NCBI GenBank assembly: GCA_900539595.1
Contig: UQCQ01000001.1
Span: 251,284-315,283 of the forward strand
Direction of reading: 5' to 3'
DNA from: an uncultured Mollicutes bacterium
GTDB lineage: Bacteria; Bacillota_I; Bacilli_A; RFN20; CAG-826
Length of the DNA: 64,000 nt
Shown here: one piece after another, positions 37,617 through 48,184 of the stretch
How the letters are laid out: each line of letters opens with the position of its first letter
Position numbering within the stretch: position 1 is the stretch's first letter
Notes under the pieces: generated by a model
Databases searched by the model: none
What the model was told of the DNA's origin: nothing
What the model saw: the letters and a program-made list of their open reading frames with translations, nothing else
Program-made: the position numbers and the translations under genes

Positions 37617-37793
37617 TTTGGTGACCTCCATTTGTTTATGCCTCCCTCGCTTCGAACCACTGACCACCAAACCCATTTTTAAGCCTGCTTCGGCCGGGAA
37701 GGAACACGGCGTGGAATCCGCGGGGTGCGTTTAGCCGTCAAAAAGACAGCGCGTGGATTATATCCCTTGCGTATAGGCGTATGCAAGAACGAA

Positions 37794-38756
37794 TTACCGA
37801 GAGGAACCGCCGCCGCGCTTTTCACCCGTCCGTTTTGGGAAGAATTGTTCGTACTGCTTCTTCATGTCTTCCGTCGTCAAATGGGTGTATACCTGCGTCG
37901 TATTGATGCTTTCGTGGCCCAGAAGTTCTTGAATTAAGCGCAAATCGGCACCGTTTTCCAAAAGATGGGTGGCAAAAGAATGTCGCAACTCGTGAGGATG
38001 AAGATCCAACGATAACCCCGTTATTTCTTCCACGTGATGCAAAATGTATTCAAGCCCGCGAACCGTAAGGGTTCCGCCTTGGGCACTAAGGAAAAAACTT
38101 TTGGGTCTTTGATGAGACACGGCAGGAGTCCATTTGGCAAGCAAATCAGGGCGCAATTCGCTGTAATAACGTTTCATCCATTTCATCGCGTTGATTCCAA
38201 ACGGAACCATGCGGTACTTCTTTCCTTTGCCGTAAACGCGAATCATGCGATTGCCATAATCGATGGATGAAGGCTCGAAATGAACGAGCTCTGAAGCGCG
38301 CATTCCCGAAGCATAAAGCAACTCTAAAATGGCTTGATCTCGCACCATCAAAGGGTCATCTCGTTTGGCATTTTCCTCTAACAATTTGTTCACTTGGTCC
38401 AAAAAGAGGGCATGGGGGTATTTGATTTCGGCCCTTGGAGCCTTTACATCACGAAAGGGATTTTTCGTAAAATGAGCCGCATCATGGATGCGCTGGTAGT
38501 CATAAAAAGAACGCAACGCGGAAAGGCGTCTTGCTAATGTTCTCTTCGATTCTCCTTTGGAGAGTTGGTCTTGGAGAAACATCAAAATCGTCATTTCCTC
38601 TACTTCGAAAATCGGAACTCCGATGGATTCCGAATAATCAAAAAAGGATGTGATGTCCCTCTCGTAATTGCCAATGGTATTGGGAGAATAATTTCGAGAG
38701 AAAAGAAGGTACTGGCTATAGGGCTGGAGTAATTCTTTCCACTTATTCTCGGCCAT
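37794..38756 (-). CDS. xerC: Tyrosine recombinase XerC/XerD family (CodV-like).
   Basis: The C-terminal catalytic region is HELRHSFATHLLENGADLRLIQELLGHESINTTQVYTHL. Sits in the conserved topA-trmFO-xerC context. Confidence 0.8.
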   Translation of the reverse strand: MAENKWKELLQPYSQYLLFSRNYSPNTIGNYERDITSFFDYSESIGVPIFEVEEMTILMFLQDQLSKGESKRTLARRLSALRSFYDYQRIHDAAHFTKNPFRDVKAPRAEIKYPHALFLDQVNKLLEENAKRDDPLMVRDQAILELLYASGMRASELVHFEPSSIDYGNRMIRVYGKGKKYRMVPFGINAMKWMKRYYSELRPDLLAKWTPAVSHQRPKSFFLSAQGGTLTVRGLEYILHHVEEITGLSLDLHPHELRHSFATHLLENGADLRLIQELLGHESINTTQVYTHLTTEDMKKQYEQFFPKRTGEKRGGGSSR

Positions 38757-40044
38757 GATCCTCGATTTCCTCTACAAAAGATTGTATCGCTTTTAAAGAG
38801 GATTGGATGCAGGCATCGCGGTTTTCTTTTCTTGCCCCTGGGATTAACGCCCAGTTCGCATTCATCGGTTGAAAATATTTGCCTTCAGCGTGAAGGAGAT
38901 AACTAATTAGGCCGCCATAAATCGTTTCACGGGGGATTTTGACGAAGGGTTTCCCCTCCAATCTTCTGGAAGCGTGAATGGCGCATAAAATACCCATGGC
39001 CGCGCTTTCTACATACCCTTCTACGCCAGAAAGCTGTCCAGCAACAAAGACGGAAGGATGAGTTTTGAGGGATAAGTCATTTTGCAAAACACGGGGGGCA
39101 TCGATATAAGAATTGCGGTGCATTAATCCATATCGCAGGAATTCAGCGTGCTCCAATCCGGGAATCATGGAGAAAACGCGTTTTTGTTCCGGGTAGGTCA
39201 AATTGGTTTGAAATCCCACGATGTTGTAGTAATCGCCAAGTTTAGTATCTTGACGTAATTGAACCACGGCATAGGGCTTAGGATGTTCCGGCGTTTCTAA
39301 GCCAAAAGGTTTTAATGGCCCGTGTCGCAACGTCTCTCCCCCACGGCTAGCAATGACCTCCACAGGAAGGCAGCCTTCAAAATAATGGGTGTCAAACTCG
39401 TGAAGCAATGCTTTTTGGGCGCCAAGCAATTCGCGGACTAACGCATAGTACTCGTCTTTGGTGAAAGGGCAATTGATATAGGACCCGTCATCTTGGTCAT
39501 AACGGGATTTGAAATAGGCTTTGGAAAAATCGATGCTCGACTTCTTAACAATCGGAGCGGACGCATCGAAAAACGAAAGATTCTTTTGACCGATTTTTTG
39601 GCTCAAATCTTCCAAAAGAGCGGGTGACGTAAGGGGCCCCGTGGCTAAAATTGTCAGAATTCCATCATCAGGAAGCGAAGTCACTTCTTCGCGATGGACA
39701 TGCAAATTTGGGAACGAGTTCAATTTATCCGTGATATAACGAGCGAATAACTCTCTGTCCACTCCTAACGCATTGCCAGAAGGCACTTCGGAAGCATCGG
39801 AGGCTTCCATCATCAAGGATCCCAAATGACGCATTTCCTCTTTCAAAAGACCGCAGGCATTTGTTAATTGTTTGGATTTGAGGGAATTGGAGCAAACGAG
39901 TTCGCCGAAAAGATCCGTCTCATGGGCTCCATCCGAGTAAGACGGGCGTGCTTCGAAAAGATGGACGTCATATCCTTTTTTCAGCAAATAATAGGCGGCT
40001 TCTGCTCCCGCTAACCCACCGCCAATAACGCGAATTTCAGCCAA
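38743..40044 (-). CDS. trmFO: Methylenetetrahydrofolate--tRNA-(uracil54-C5)-methyltransferase TrmFO (Gid).
   Basis: FAD-binding N-terminus AEIRVIGGGLAGAEAAYYL. TTG start with GGAG 8 nt upstream. Longer in-frame extensions would overlap topA. Confidence 0.85.
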   Translation of the reverse strand: MAEIRVIGGGLAGAEAAYYLLKKGYDVHLFEARPSYSDGAHETDLFGELVCSNSLKSKQLTNACGLLKEEMRHLGSLMMEASDASEVPSGNALGVDRELFARYITDKLNSFPNLHVHREEVTSLPDDGILTILATGPLTSPALLEDLSQKIGQKNLSFFDASAPIVKKSSIDFSKAYFKSRYDQDDGSYINCPFTKDEYYALVRELLGAQKALLHEFDTHYFEGCLPVEVIASRGGETLRHGPLKPFGLETPEHPKPYAVVQLRQDTKLGDYYNIVGFQTNLTYPEQKRVFSMIPGLEHAEFLRYGLMHRNSYIDAPRVLQNDLSLKTHPSVFVAGQLSGVEGYVESAAMGILCAIHASRRLEGKPFVKIPRETIYGGLISYLLHAEGKYFQPMNANWALIPGARKENRDACIQSSLKAIQSFVEEIEDHGRE

Positions 40045-40049
40045 TGGGG

Positions 40050-42209
40050 CTACTCCTTTTTCGAATCGTCCGACGCTTTCTTGTCGATCCATTCGTGATA
40101 ATGGCAACGTGGGAAATTGGTGCAGCCCAAGAACTTTGCCTTTTTGCCTTGTTTCACAACGAGGTGACCCGTTTTGCATTTGGGACACGGTTTCACGTAA
40201 TCCGTCTCGGTATAAGTCGCTTTTTCCTTCGGCTTGGTTTCCTTGCCATCTAAGCTACGGGTATAACGGCAATTGGGGAAATTGGAACACCCAATGAATT
40301 CTTCCCCTTTTTTGTTTTTCTTAACCACAAGAGGGGATCCACATTCTGGGCAAACTTCTCCTGTTGGCTTATCGTCGGGTTTGTCCTTCTTGATGTAATG
40401 GCAGGCAGGAAAATTGGAGCAGCCGATGAATTTTTGTCCCTTGCGATTGCGTTTCACGACCAAAGGATGACCGCATTCCGGACATAGCTCCCCCGTTTCT
40501 TCCGGGGGTTCCTTCCGCATTTCATCGCGAACCTTTTCATAATTTTCGTTGAATGGTTGATAGAAGGCATTCATCGTATCTAAGAACGACTCTTTACCCT
40601 CTTCGACTTCATCCAACGTGCTTTCCATTTTGGCGGTATAAGAAGTCGAAACAACATCGGGGAAGAATTTTTTCAAAACCGCGACGGTTTTCTTTCCATC
40701 TTCTGTCGGAGTTAAAACGCCGCGATTGCTCGAGACATACTTCCGTTTCAATAAGGTCTCAATCGTCGTCGCATAGGTAGACGGGCGACCAATGCCTTTT
40801 TCTTCCATCGCTTTGACGATCGAAGCTTCGTTATAAGAGGGTTCCGGCTTGGTGAATTTCTGTTCCGATTTGATTTTGGATTTGGGCAAGTTGTCGCCTT
40901 CGTTGATTTCTGGAAGCAGCAAGGTATCGTCTTCGTCGAATTCCCCATAAAGCACTTCGAAGCCTTTAAAGAGGGTACGTACCCCCTTCAACGAGAATTC
41001 AAGACCATTTCCAACAAGGCTCACATTCGTCGATTCGATGCGTTTGGGGGCCATGAGTGAAGCCATGGCGCGGCAATAAATCAAACGATAGAGTTTGGCT
41101 TCTTCTGGAGAAACGTATTTCGCGACCATGTCCGGGGTGCGGTGAGTGCCTGTTGGGCGGATTGCTTCGTGAGCATCTTGGATGTTCTCGCCTTTTTTGC
41201 CAGCGCGCATCGTTCCCACATATTCTTCGCCATACGTTTCCTTGATGAAAGGGACGGCGTGGCGCGTATAGAATTCCGGGCTAATACGGGTAGAATCGGT
41301 ACGCATATAGGTGATCAAACCAACATGTTCCCCCGCGATATCCATACCTTCGTACAAACGTTGGGCAACCGCTTGGGTCCTGGCGTTGGAGAAATGGTAT
41401 TTGGTATAGGCTTCCTGTTGCATGGACGAAGTCGTAAACGGCGGTTTCGCCGCGATGGTTTTGGGCGATTTCGTCACGCTTTGGACGGAAAGCATATCCG
41501 GAATACGGGCACAAAGAGCATCCGCTTCTTCTTTGGTATGGCATTCGAAGGGCTTGCCATCCACTTTCACAAGGCTGGCCTTGTAGTCTTTTCCTCCGAT
41601 GCGCACCATCACGTCGATCGTCCAATATTCTTCTGGGTGGAAGGCATCAATTTCCGCTTGGCGATCCACAATCATGGAGAGGGTCGCCGATTGAACGCGA
41701 CCCGCCGATTGAACGCCAACATTCTTTTGGAGCAAAGAGGAGACGCGGAAACCAATGATGCGGTCTTCCATGCGTCGCGCCTCTTGAGCGCGAACCAGGT
41801 TGACATCAATATGAGAAGGGTTTTCCAAAGCCGCTAAAATCGCGGGCTTGGTGATTTCTTGGAAACGGAGACGCGTGGTAGTATCCACGGGTAATTTCAA
41901 AACCTGGGCCAAGTGCCAGGAAATCGCTTCTCCTTCGCGGTCAGGGTCGGTTGCAAGCAGAACTTCATCCGCTTTTTTGGAAGTAGCTTGTAGTTCGGCA
42001 ACGATTTTTCCTTTTTTTGGAGAGATAACATAATCTGGTTTGAATCCATCGGCCACATCAATGCCTAAGCCACCTTTCCCACGGGTAGAAAGGTCGCGAA
42101 TATGGCCTTGGCTAGCCATAACTTGGTAATCCGCGCCAAGGTAGCGGCGGATGGTTTCACATTTTTTCGGTGACTCAACAATAACTAATTTCATAAAGAA
42201 ACGTGGCAA
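40050..42209 (-). CDS. topA: DNA topoisomerase I, with three C-terminal zinc-ribbon repeats.
   Basis: The Toprim N-terminus is MKLVIVESPKK, with a type IA core. The C-terminus has 3x CPxCG...GCSNFPxC ribbons. Confidence 0.9.
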   Translation of the reverse strand: MPRFFMKLVIVESPKKCETIRRYLGADYQVMASQGHIRDLSTRGKGGLGIDVADGFKPDYVISPKKGKIVAELQATSKKADEVLLATDPDREGEAISWHLAQVLKLPVDTTTRLRFQEITKPAILAALENPSHIDVNLVRAQEARRMEDRIIGFRVSSLLQKNVGVQSAGRVQSATLSMIVDRQAEIDAFHPEEYWTIDVMVRIGGKDYKASLVKVDGKPFECHTKEEADALCARIPDMLSVQSVTKSPKTIAAKPPFTTSSMQQEAYTKYHFSNARTQAVAQRLYEGMDIAGEHVGLITYMRTDSTRISPEFYTRHAVPFIKETYGEEYVGTMRAGKKGENIQDAHEAIRPTGTHRTPDMVAKYVSPEEAKLYRLIYCRAMASLMAPKRIESTNVSLVGNGLEFSLKGVRTLFKGFEVLYGEFDEDDTLLLPEINEGDNLPKSKIKSEQKFTKPEPSYNEASIVKAMEEKGIGRPSTYATTIETLLKRKYVSSNRGVLTPTEDGKKTVAVLKKFFPDVVSTSYTAKMESTLDEVEEGKESFLDTMNAFYQPFNENYEKVRDEMRKEPPEETGELCPECGHPLVVKRNRKGQKFIGCSNFPACHYIKKDKPDDKPTGEVCPECGSPLVVKKNKKGEEFIGCSNFPNCRYTRSLDGKETKPKEKATYTETDYVKPCPKCKTGHLVVKQGKKAKFLGCTNFPRCHYHEWIDKKASDDSKKE

Positions 42210-42298
42210 TGATAGAAACGCCTCGAAGGGTTGTCAAACGACCTGCAACCCCAAAAACCCCATATAAATAAATATGTTATTTATAAGAAAAAGGAAAA

Positions 42299-43105
42299 TT
42301 ATTTTTCTTCATCCTCATCCTCCGCTTTTTGATACCCGAAGTTCATCATATCCATAATGTCGTCCGCGGTCTCCGCTAAAGTCGCCCCATCTGCAATTAA
42401 ATGGTTGTTCATGGTGCCATCCGTCGCCCGGAATGGCAAAACCGCCACATCTCGATTAAGGTCCAGGGCATGGGCCACCGTAACAATGGTACCGCTGTGG
42501 GCGTGAGCTTCTCCAATGAAAACGACGCTTCCTAATGCGGCTAATATTCGGTTTCTGCACGGAAAATGATCCGCTTTAGGCGCAACCCCCTCTGGATATT
42601 CGGTCATGAGAAGGCCCTCTTTAGCAATGCGGTCCTGGAGATCACGGTTTTCGGATGGGTAGTGGTAATCGAGCCCATTTCCCAAAACGGCAACGGCCTT
42701 CCCATAAGGGGCCGCAGCCCTTAAGGCCGCCCCATCAATTCCTTTTGCTAGGCCCGAAACAATCGTAATCCCCCGTTTTGCCAACTCCTCGGCGATCTCG
42801 CCTACCCTCTTTATCGCATATTCGCTCGCCATCCTGCTCCCCACAATCGTGCAGCATTTGCGATAGTCGCGAATCAAGTCCAGGTTCCCTTCATAAAACA
42901 TACAAATGGGCGGGAAGTGACACTCATGAAAGCTTTTCGGATAACAAGGGTCTACGATCGTAAAAGCCTTCGATTTCAAGCTTTTGTTCGTCTCCTCCAC
43001 CTCCTCCAAAGAGAAGGGGCGTTTCTCTCGAATAATATCGAGCATGGCTTTGGCATCCCCTTTCGTTTTGGTGGCAATATGGATTAATAATTGATTAGCG
43101 CGCAT
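42299..43105 (-). CDS. dprA: DNA processing protein DprA (Smf), short form.
   Basis: Rossmann-like DprA core: CCTIVGSRMASEYA...GLAKGIDGAALRAA...VVFIGEAHAHSGTIVTVAHALDLNRDVAVLP. Confidence 0.8.
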   Translation of the reverse strand: MRANQLLIHIATKTKGDAKAMLDIIREKRPFSLEEVEETNKSLKSKAFTIVDPCYPKSFHECHFPPICMFYEGNLDLIRDYRKCCTIVGSRMASEYAIKRVGEIAEELAKRGITIVSGLAKGIDGAALRAAAPYGKAVAVLGNGLDYHYPSENRDLQDRIAKEGLLMTEYPEGVAPKADHFPCRNRILAALGSVVFIGEAHAHSGTIVTVAHALDLNRDVAVLPFRATDGTMNNHLIADGATLAETADDIMDMMNFGYQKAEDEDEEK

Positions 43106-43201
43106 AAAAATCTCCTACACCTGTATTAGAAGGTTGGAAAAAGAAAAACGTGTCGAAATCTTTACAATTCGATTTTCTTAGTTATTTTTAATAACTACTT
43201 T

Positions 43202-43822
43202 TTAAAACAACGTGAGCTGACTTTGATAGAATTTAGCAACCGGGGCGTAGGTTTTCCGATGCACTCCTTCGATAGGACCATATTCTTCCAATTCCTGCAT
43301 ATGCAGTTTCGTTCCATATCCTTTATGCACGGAAAAATGGAACTGGGGATATTGTTTTTCCAGTTCGCACATATAACGATCACGCGTGACTTTCGCTAGA
43401 ATCGAAGCAGCGGCAATATTCAAGGCCTGAGCGTCCCCTTTGATGATGGGAATTACCTTCTTGGGGAATCCAGGAAGGGGCATCGCATCGGTCAGAACCA
43501 GTTGATAATCCACTTGGAGTTGGCTTAAAGCGAGCTTCATGCATTTTTGCGTCGCGGCATAAATATTGAGTTCATCAATCTCTTCCGCGGAAACCATCGC
43601 GATGCCATAGGCTAACGCGTGGTCTTTGATCACATCAAAAAGCTCTTGGCGTTTCTTATCCGTAAGTTTTTTGGAATCGTCGATCATCGTATTTTTGTAA
43701 TTCTTCGGAAAGATGACCGCAGCGGCACACACCGGACCTGCCAAAGGGCCACGTCCCGCTTCATCTACCCCAGCGATGGCTGTGATTTCGTCGCTATAAT
43801 ACTGTCTTTCAAATTTAAGCAC
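43202..43822 (-). CDS. rnhB: Ribonuclease HII.
   Basis: IAGVDEAGRGPLAGPVCAAAVI is the catalytic motif. Confidence 0.9.
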   Translation of the reverse strand: MLKFERQYYSDEITAIAGVDEAGRGPLAGPVCAAAVIFPKNYKNTMIDDSKKLTDKKRQELFDVIKDHALAYGIAMVSAEEIDELNIYAATQKCMKLALSQLQVDYQLVLTDAMPLPGFPKKVIPIIKGDAQALNIAAASILAKVTRDRYMCELEKQYPQFHFSVHKGYGTKLHMQELEEYGPIEGVHRKTYAPVAKFYQSQLTLF

Positions 43823-44672
43823 AGGGACGCTCCAAGGAAAGACGACCCAAAACGCCGTCTTTGAATTCCTTCACCAAAAGATAGGCTGCCTTATCAATGG
43901 AAGGCTGAGATCCATCCAAAAGCAATCGTCTTTGTGCGATTCGAACAAGAATTGAATCGTTATCCATCGAAGCGATGTTTTCCACTCCAAAACGGGAAAA
44001 GAGCGAGGAGGGGTATGCGACTTTCAAGAAATCGAGAAGAGAATAACTGAGTTCAAGCGTCGGCAAAACTTCTTCTTTCATCGTCCCTAGAAGCGCCAAA
44101 CGAACGGCTTGTTCGCGAGTTGGATAGCTCATTGGTAAAATACCCGGAGTATCTAAAAGAACAAAATCCGCGTTAAGTTTTATCCACTGAGCGGCACGAG
44201 TAACGCAGGCTTTGTTTCCCACCTTGGCTTTCTTCTTTTCCGCCAAGTTATTGATTAAAGTACTTTTTCCTACGTTAGGAATTCCCACAATCATGACGCG
44301 AATCGGTTGAGGCATCATGCCACGCTTCTTTTCTTTCTCGCGCTTTTTGCTAACAAGCGGTTCCGCCGCTTTGGATAGCAAGGAAACGAAACGATCCTTT
44401 TTGAGATTGCCTGAGATAGCGTCTTGTCCCTGAGAAGCAAAATATTGAATCCAGCCTTCCGTCACGGCAGGATCTGCGTAATCGCTTTTAGAAAGAAGCA
44501 ACAAAATAGGCTTTTGACCGGCTAGGCCTTTTAAAAGTGGGTTTCTCGAACTTAAAGGAGCTCGGCCGTCCACGATTTCAACGATGAGATCCACGGATTT
44601 GACATAGCCCTGCATTGCGTCCAACGCCTTCGACATATGTCCCGGAAAATAATGAATGTTTTGTTGCCCCAT
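43815..44672 (-). CDS. rbgA: Ribosome biogenesis GTPase A (YlqF/RbgA).
   Basis: Circularly permuted GTPase. FPGHMSKA. G1 motif GIPNVGKSTLIN after the G4 region. Confidence 0.85.
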   Translation of the reverse strand: MGQQNIHYFPGHMSKALDAMQGYVKSVDLIVEIVDGRAPLSSRNPLLKGLAGQKPILLLLSKSDYADPAVTEGWIQYFASQGQDAISGNLKKDRFVSLLSKAAEPLVSKKREKEKKRGMMPQPIRVMIVGIPNVGKSTLINNLAEKKKAKVGNKACVTRAAQWIKLNADFVLLDTPGILPMSYPTREQAVRLALLGTMKEEVLPTLELSYSLLDFLKVAYPSSLFSRFGVENIASMDNDSILVRIAQRRLLLDGSQPSIDKAAYLLVKEFKDGVLGRLSLERPCA

Positions 44673-44675
44673 AAT

Positions 44676-45638
44676 TTAATGCTGATCCAAATGAATATAA
44701 TCCCACGGCCACCACGATAATCCTAGCGAAAAATTCGCCTTCAAAGTGGCGTCTGGCTGTACGGTCAGTTTCCGTTGTGAGGTGATGACATAAGCTTTGC
44801 CAATCACCATAAAATCTTCAATCGGGCCCTTTTCACGAGAGTCCATGGAATGCCCGGTTCCCCCACGGTTATCGCCCATCAAGAAATATTCATTGTCCTT
44901 AAGTTCCCATGTTTTGGAGCGAACTCCGCCAACTAATTGAGCAACTGGATACACGTGGCCATTCACTTTCGGGAAATCCGACTCATCATAAAGGGGTTTT
45001 AGCACGGTAGAATTCCCTTCTTTGTCCGTAATCGTTGTCTTACCCCAAGCCGTGTTGTAATTCTCATCGTAAGTCGAAACGTAGGCTTTGGGCTGATCTC
45101 CAACAAATTCAAAACGTCCGCCGGCATCTTCTCCACGCGTGACCACTTCAAAAGTTAGGGTTTCCCCAGGCATCCCGATTAATCTTTTGATTTTTGGAGA
45201 TGTTTTTTCCTTTAGAACATGTCTCTCTCCATCAAAGGAATAATCTTCCGAATAATAGGCGACAACAATATCGTAACGGGAAAGCGAACCCCTCCAATTC
45301 CCCTTGTTTCCAACTTTGGCATAACCATAATCCACAATATCCCCATCGATGCTAGAGGTATCGTTCCAGGTTAACGGGCGGTAGCCACCTGTCGTCTTTC
45401 TTTTTCCATCCGCGTTAAGCGTAGGAAACATAGACATCCCATTCACATAGAAGGGCTCATTGAATGTCCAATTTAAATAAGCAAGGTTTGCACACACTAA
45501 GCACGCCGAAACAACCATAAGGCCAGTCACCACGTCAATAACAACGCGCCACCAACGAACCTTCTTCTTCTTTTCCAAGGCAGTTCGGGGGCCGCGAAGT
45601 CGTTGTCTTTCCATTTCTTCAGTCGGCATAGGCTTCAA
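44676..45638 (-). CDS. lepB: Signal peptidase I (long form, with an N-terminal extension).
   Basis: Catalytic Ser box GMSMFPTL. The C-terminal box is GDNRGGTGHSMDSRE. Confidence 0.8.
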   Translation of the reverse strand: MKPMPTEEMERQRLRGPRTALEKKKKVRWWRVVIDVVTGLMVVSACLVCANLAYLNWTFNEPFYVNGMSMFPTLNADGKRKTTGGYRPLTWNDTSSIDGDIVDYGYAKVGNKGNWRGSLSRYDIVVAYYSEDYSFDGERHVLKEKTSPKIKRLIGMPGETLTFEVVTRGEDAGGRFEFVGDQPKAYVSTYDENYNTAWGKTTITDKEGNSTVLKPLYDESDFPKVNGHVYPVAQLVGGVRSKTWELKDNEYFLMGDNRGGTGHSMDSREKGPIEDFMVIGKAYVITSQRKLTVQPDATLKANFSLGLSWWPWDYIHLDQH

Positions 45639-45673
45639 TTATAGGGTTTCGATTTCACGGGGGCAACGCGCAC

Positions 45674-45702
45674 GAAAAAAAGAAAACCCAGGTTTCCCTG
45701 GG
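45674..45702 (-). terminator. Rho-independent terminator after rplS.
   Basis: CCCAGGGAAACCTGGG plus TTTTCTTTTTTTCG on the minus strand. Confidence 0.5.
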
Positions 45703-45727
45703 CTCGTCACTTGTATTGAAGACTGGC

Positions 45728-46075
45728 TTACTTTCTTTCTTTGATACGGGCAGCCTTGCCAGAAAGCTTGCGCATATAGGTGATCTTGTTGCGGCGGACC
45801 TTGCCGTGTTTGACGACTTCGATTGATGCAATCGAGGGTGCATTCACGGGGAAGGTGCGCTCAACGCCGATTCCCGAGGAGATCTTGCGGACAGTGAAGG
45901 TCGCGGAGACCCCAGAGCCACGACGTTGCATGACAACGCCTTCGAAGACCTGGTTACGTTCCTTCTTGTTCTCGATGATGCGGACGTAGACCTTGATGGT
46001 GTCGCCGCTACGGAACGAAGGAATATCCGTGCGAAGCTGACGGGCGGTGATCTCTTTAACAAGATTGTTATTCAT
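45728..46075 (-). CDS. rplS: 50S ribosomal protein L19.
   Basis: [33 protein letters not shown]... Start chosen 7 nt after GGAGG. Confidence 0.9.
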   Translation of the reverse strand: MNNNLVKEITARQLRTDIPSFRSGDTIKVYVRIIENKKERNQVFEGVVMQRRGSGVSATFTVRKISSGIGVERTFPVNAPSIASIEVVKHGKVRRNKITYMRKLSGKAARIKERK

Positions 46076-46285
46076 GATCATTCCTCCTTGAGCATTTAGG
46101 TTTCTCTTCAGGTTCATTCATCCGTGACGGGGATCAGCGGAGCCTGCGTATCGTGTTTCCACGCGTTAGGTATCATACTCAAGTGCAAGGGGTATGACAA
46201 GGAAAAATAAACGATGTTAAGTAAAACTACTTGACAGGCCTTTTTCATACGGCTAAATTATCCACCGAAAAAAGGAGAAAGACTT

Positions 46286-46558
46286 ATGGTTAAAATCAGA
46301 TTGACCCGCATCGGACGTCACGAAGATCCCTTCTACCGCATCGTTGCCGCGGATTCCCATTTCGCCAGAGATGGCCGCATCATCGAACAAATCGGAACCT
46401 ATGATCCCGCGGAAGGCGAAGACAAAGCCATCATCAACGAAGAGCTCGCTCTTAAGTGGCTTAACAACGGCGCCGTTCCTTCGGATACTGTCCGTGCCAT
46501 GTTTGCCCGCAAGGGAATCATGACCAAATTTGCCGAAAGCAAGAAGGCCAAGAAGTAA
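46286..46558 (+). CDS. rpsP: 30S ribosomal protein S16.
   Basis: [24 protein letters not shown]... is the canonical S16. Confidence 0.9.
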   Translation: MVKIRLTRIGRHEDPFYRIVAADSHFARDGRIIEQIGTYDPAEGEDKAIINEELALKWLNNGAVPSDTVRAMFARKGIMTKFAESKKAKK

Positions 46559-46845
46559 TGGATCGCGACTACGAAGCCATCCTTCACCCAGTGATCGATC
46601 CCCTCGTTCACAATCCTGAGGCCATTCTTATCCGCGAGCTTCCGGGCTCCACGGATCGGGACGCGACCGTCATGATTTACGCGGACGACGACGACACCGC
46701 TCGACTGATTGGCAAACACGGCGTTGTGGCCAACGCCCTTCGTGAGGCGATTGGGATTGCTGGCAAAGCCGACAATTCGAATCAGCACATCCATTTGAAG
46801 TTTAAGAGCTTCAGCGAAGACGAAAAACAGGACGGCGAGAAGTAA
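46558..46845 (+). CDS. KH-domain RNA-binding protein (YlqC-like).
   Basis: Conserved position between rpsP and rimM. The GxxG-like KH core is LIGKHGVVANALREAIGIAG. Confidence 0.75.
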   Translation: MDRDYEAILHPVIDPLVHNPEAILIRELPGSTDRDATVMIYADDDDTARLIGKHGVVANALREAIGIAGKADNSNQHIHLKFKSFSEDEKQDGEK

Positions 46846-46863
46846 TTCCCGCCGTTTCTTTTT

Positions 46864-47373
46864 ATGGAAAAAATTACTGTTGCCCATTTTACAAAAACCT
46901 TTGGACTCAAGGGAGAAATCCGCGCCTATTCGATGACCGATTTCCCTGCGGAACGCTTCCAAATCGGACGTCATTTTTTTGCCGTAAATTCTCGAACCAA
47001 AGAGGAGAAAGAATTGACATTAAAAAGTGTGCGGCCACAAGGCCCACTTTACGTCTTCTCTTTTGAAGAAGTTCCTTCCATTGAGGAATCCGAACTCTTG
47101 CAGGGATGGGACCTTACCATGGACAAAGAAGAAGCCACTTTGCCCGAAGGCATGTACCGCTTATCCGATTTAATCGGCTGCAAAATCGTCGATGAAGAAT
47201 CCCATGAACTGGGCGTTGTTATCGACGTATTAAGCAATGCACCTACCAAAAACCTCAAGATTAAAAAACCAGATGGAAAGTGCTTCTATTGCCCTTTCAT
47301 TGACGAATTTGTTCCAACGGTTGATCTCAACGAAAAAACGATAACGATTCACGTGGTTGAGGGGTTGTTATGA
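46864..47373 (+). CDS. rimM: Ribosome maturation factor RimM.
   Basis: MEKITVAHFTKTFGLKGEIRAYSMTDFPAERF... plus a PRC barrel C-terminus. Conserved context. Confidence 0.85.
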   Translation: MEKITVAHFTKTFGLKGEIRAYSMTDFPAERFQIGRHFFAVNSRTKEEKELTLKSVRPQGPLYVFSFEEVPSIEESELLQGWDLTMDKEEATLPEGMYRLSDLIGCKIVDEESHELGVVIDVLSNAPTKNLKIKKPDGKCFYCPFIDEFVPTVDLNEKTITIHVVEGLL

Positions 47374-48143
47374 ACATTACCATCCTCACTCTTTTCCCTG
47401 AAATGTTTGATGGGTTCCAAACGAACTCCATCATGAAACGCGCTTTGGGGAAGGGGGTTGCTACAATCAAAGTCGTTAATATCCGTGATTACACGAAGGA
47501 CAAATACGGCCGCACGGACACCCCACCCATTGGGGGAGGCGCCGGCTTAATTGAAAAATGCCAACCCATCGTGGATGCTTTACGGGCGAACCGTCAGGAA
47601 AATAGCCACGTCATCTTGATGTCTCCGCGAGGCAAGACCTATAACGAACCGATGGCCAAGCGTTTTGCCACCCTGGATGATCTCGTCATCATTTGTGGGC
47701 ATTACGAAGGTATCGACGAACGGGTCAATGCTTATTGCGATGAGCTCGTTTCCATTGGAGATTACGTCCTTACCGGCGGCGAAATCCCTGCGATGGCGAT
47801 TTCCGATAGCATCATCCGTCTTTTAGATGGAGCCATCACCGCGGATAGTTTGACCGACGAATCCTTCAACGATAATTTGTTGGAATATCCCCAATACACC
47901 GAACCTTATGAATTCGAGGGCCAAAAAGTCCCGGATATCCTTTATTCGGGGAATCACACCGCCATCGATAAGTGGCGGAGAAAACAAAGCCTTCTGTTAA
48001 CCAGGGAGCACCGGCCTGATATCTTCGAAAAAGTTGCCTTGTCCAAGCAAGATAAAAAATTGCTCGCGGAAAGCGAATCGGATGAAACCCCGCAATGGGA
48101 AAAGGCCGCTTTGGAAAAAGGCAAAAAATTCATTCACCATTGA
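47370..48143 (+). CDS. trmD: tRNA (guanine37-N1)-methyltransferase.
   Basis: MNITILTLFPEMFDGF...DDLVIICGHYEGIDERV...DYVLTGGEIPAMA shows the SPOUT TrmD motifs. Confidence 0.9.
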   Translation: MNITILTLFPEMFDGFQTNSIMKRALGKGVATIKVVNIRDYTKDKYGRTDTPPIGGGAGLIEKCQPIVDALRANRQENSHVILMSPRGKTYNEPMAKRFATLDDLVIICGHYEGIDERVNAYCDELVSIGDYVLTGGEIPAMAISDSIIRLLDGAITADSLTDESFNDNLLEYPQYTEPYEFEGQKVPDILYSGNHTAIDKWRRKQSLLLTREHRPDIFEKVALSKQDKKLLAESESDETPQWEKAALEKGKKFIHH

Positions 48144-48184
48144 CGCGGTATCCCGCGTCTTTTCTTTTTGCGCTACAATTAGAT

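Noticed and set aside
35821-37682. Long plus-strand ORFs (330 aa and 347 aa) overlapping tsf and rpsB.
   Set aside because: They are antisense to highly conserved ribosomal protein and EF-Ts genes. Their translations are low-complexity (Gly/Ala/Arg/Phe-rich), which is typical of open antisense frames in GC-rich, codon-biased genes.
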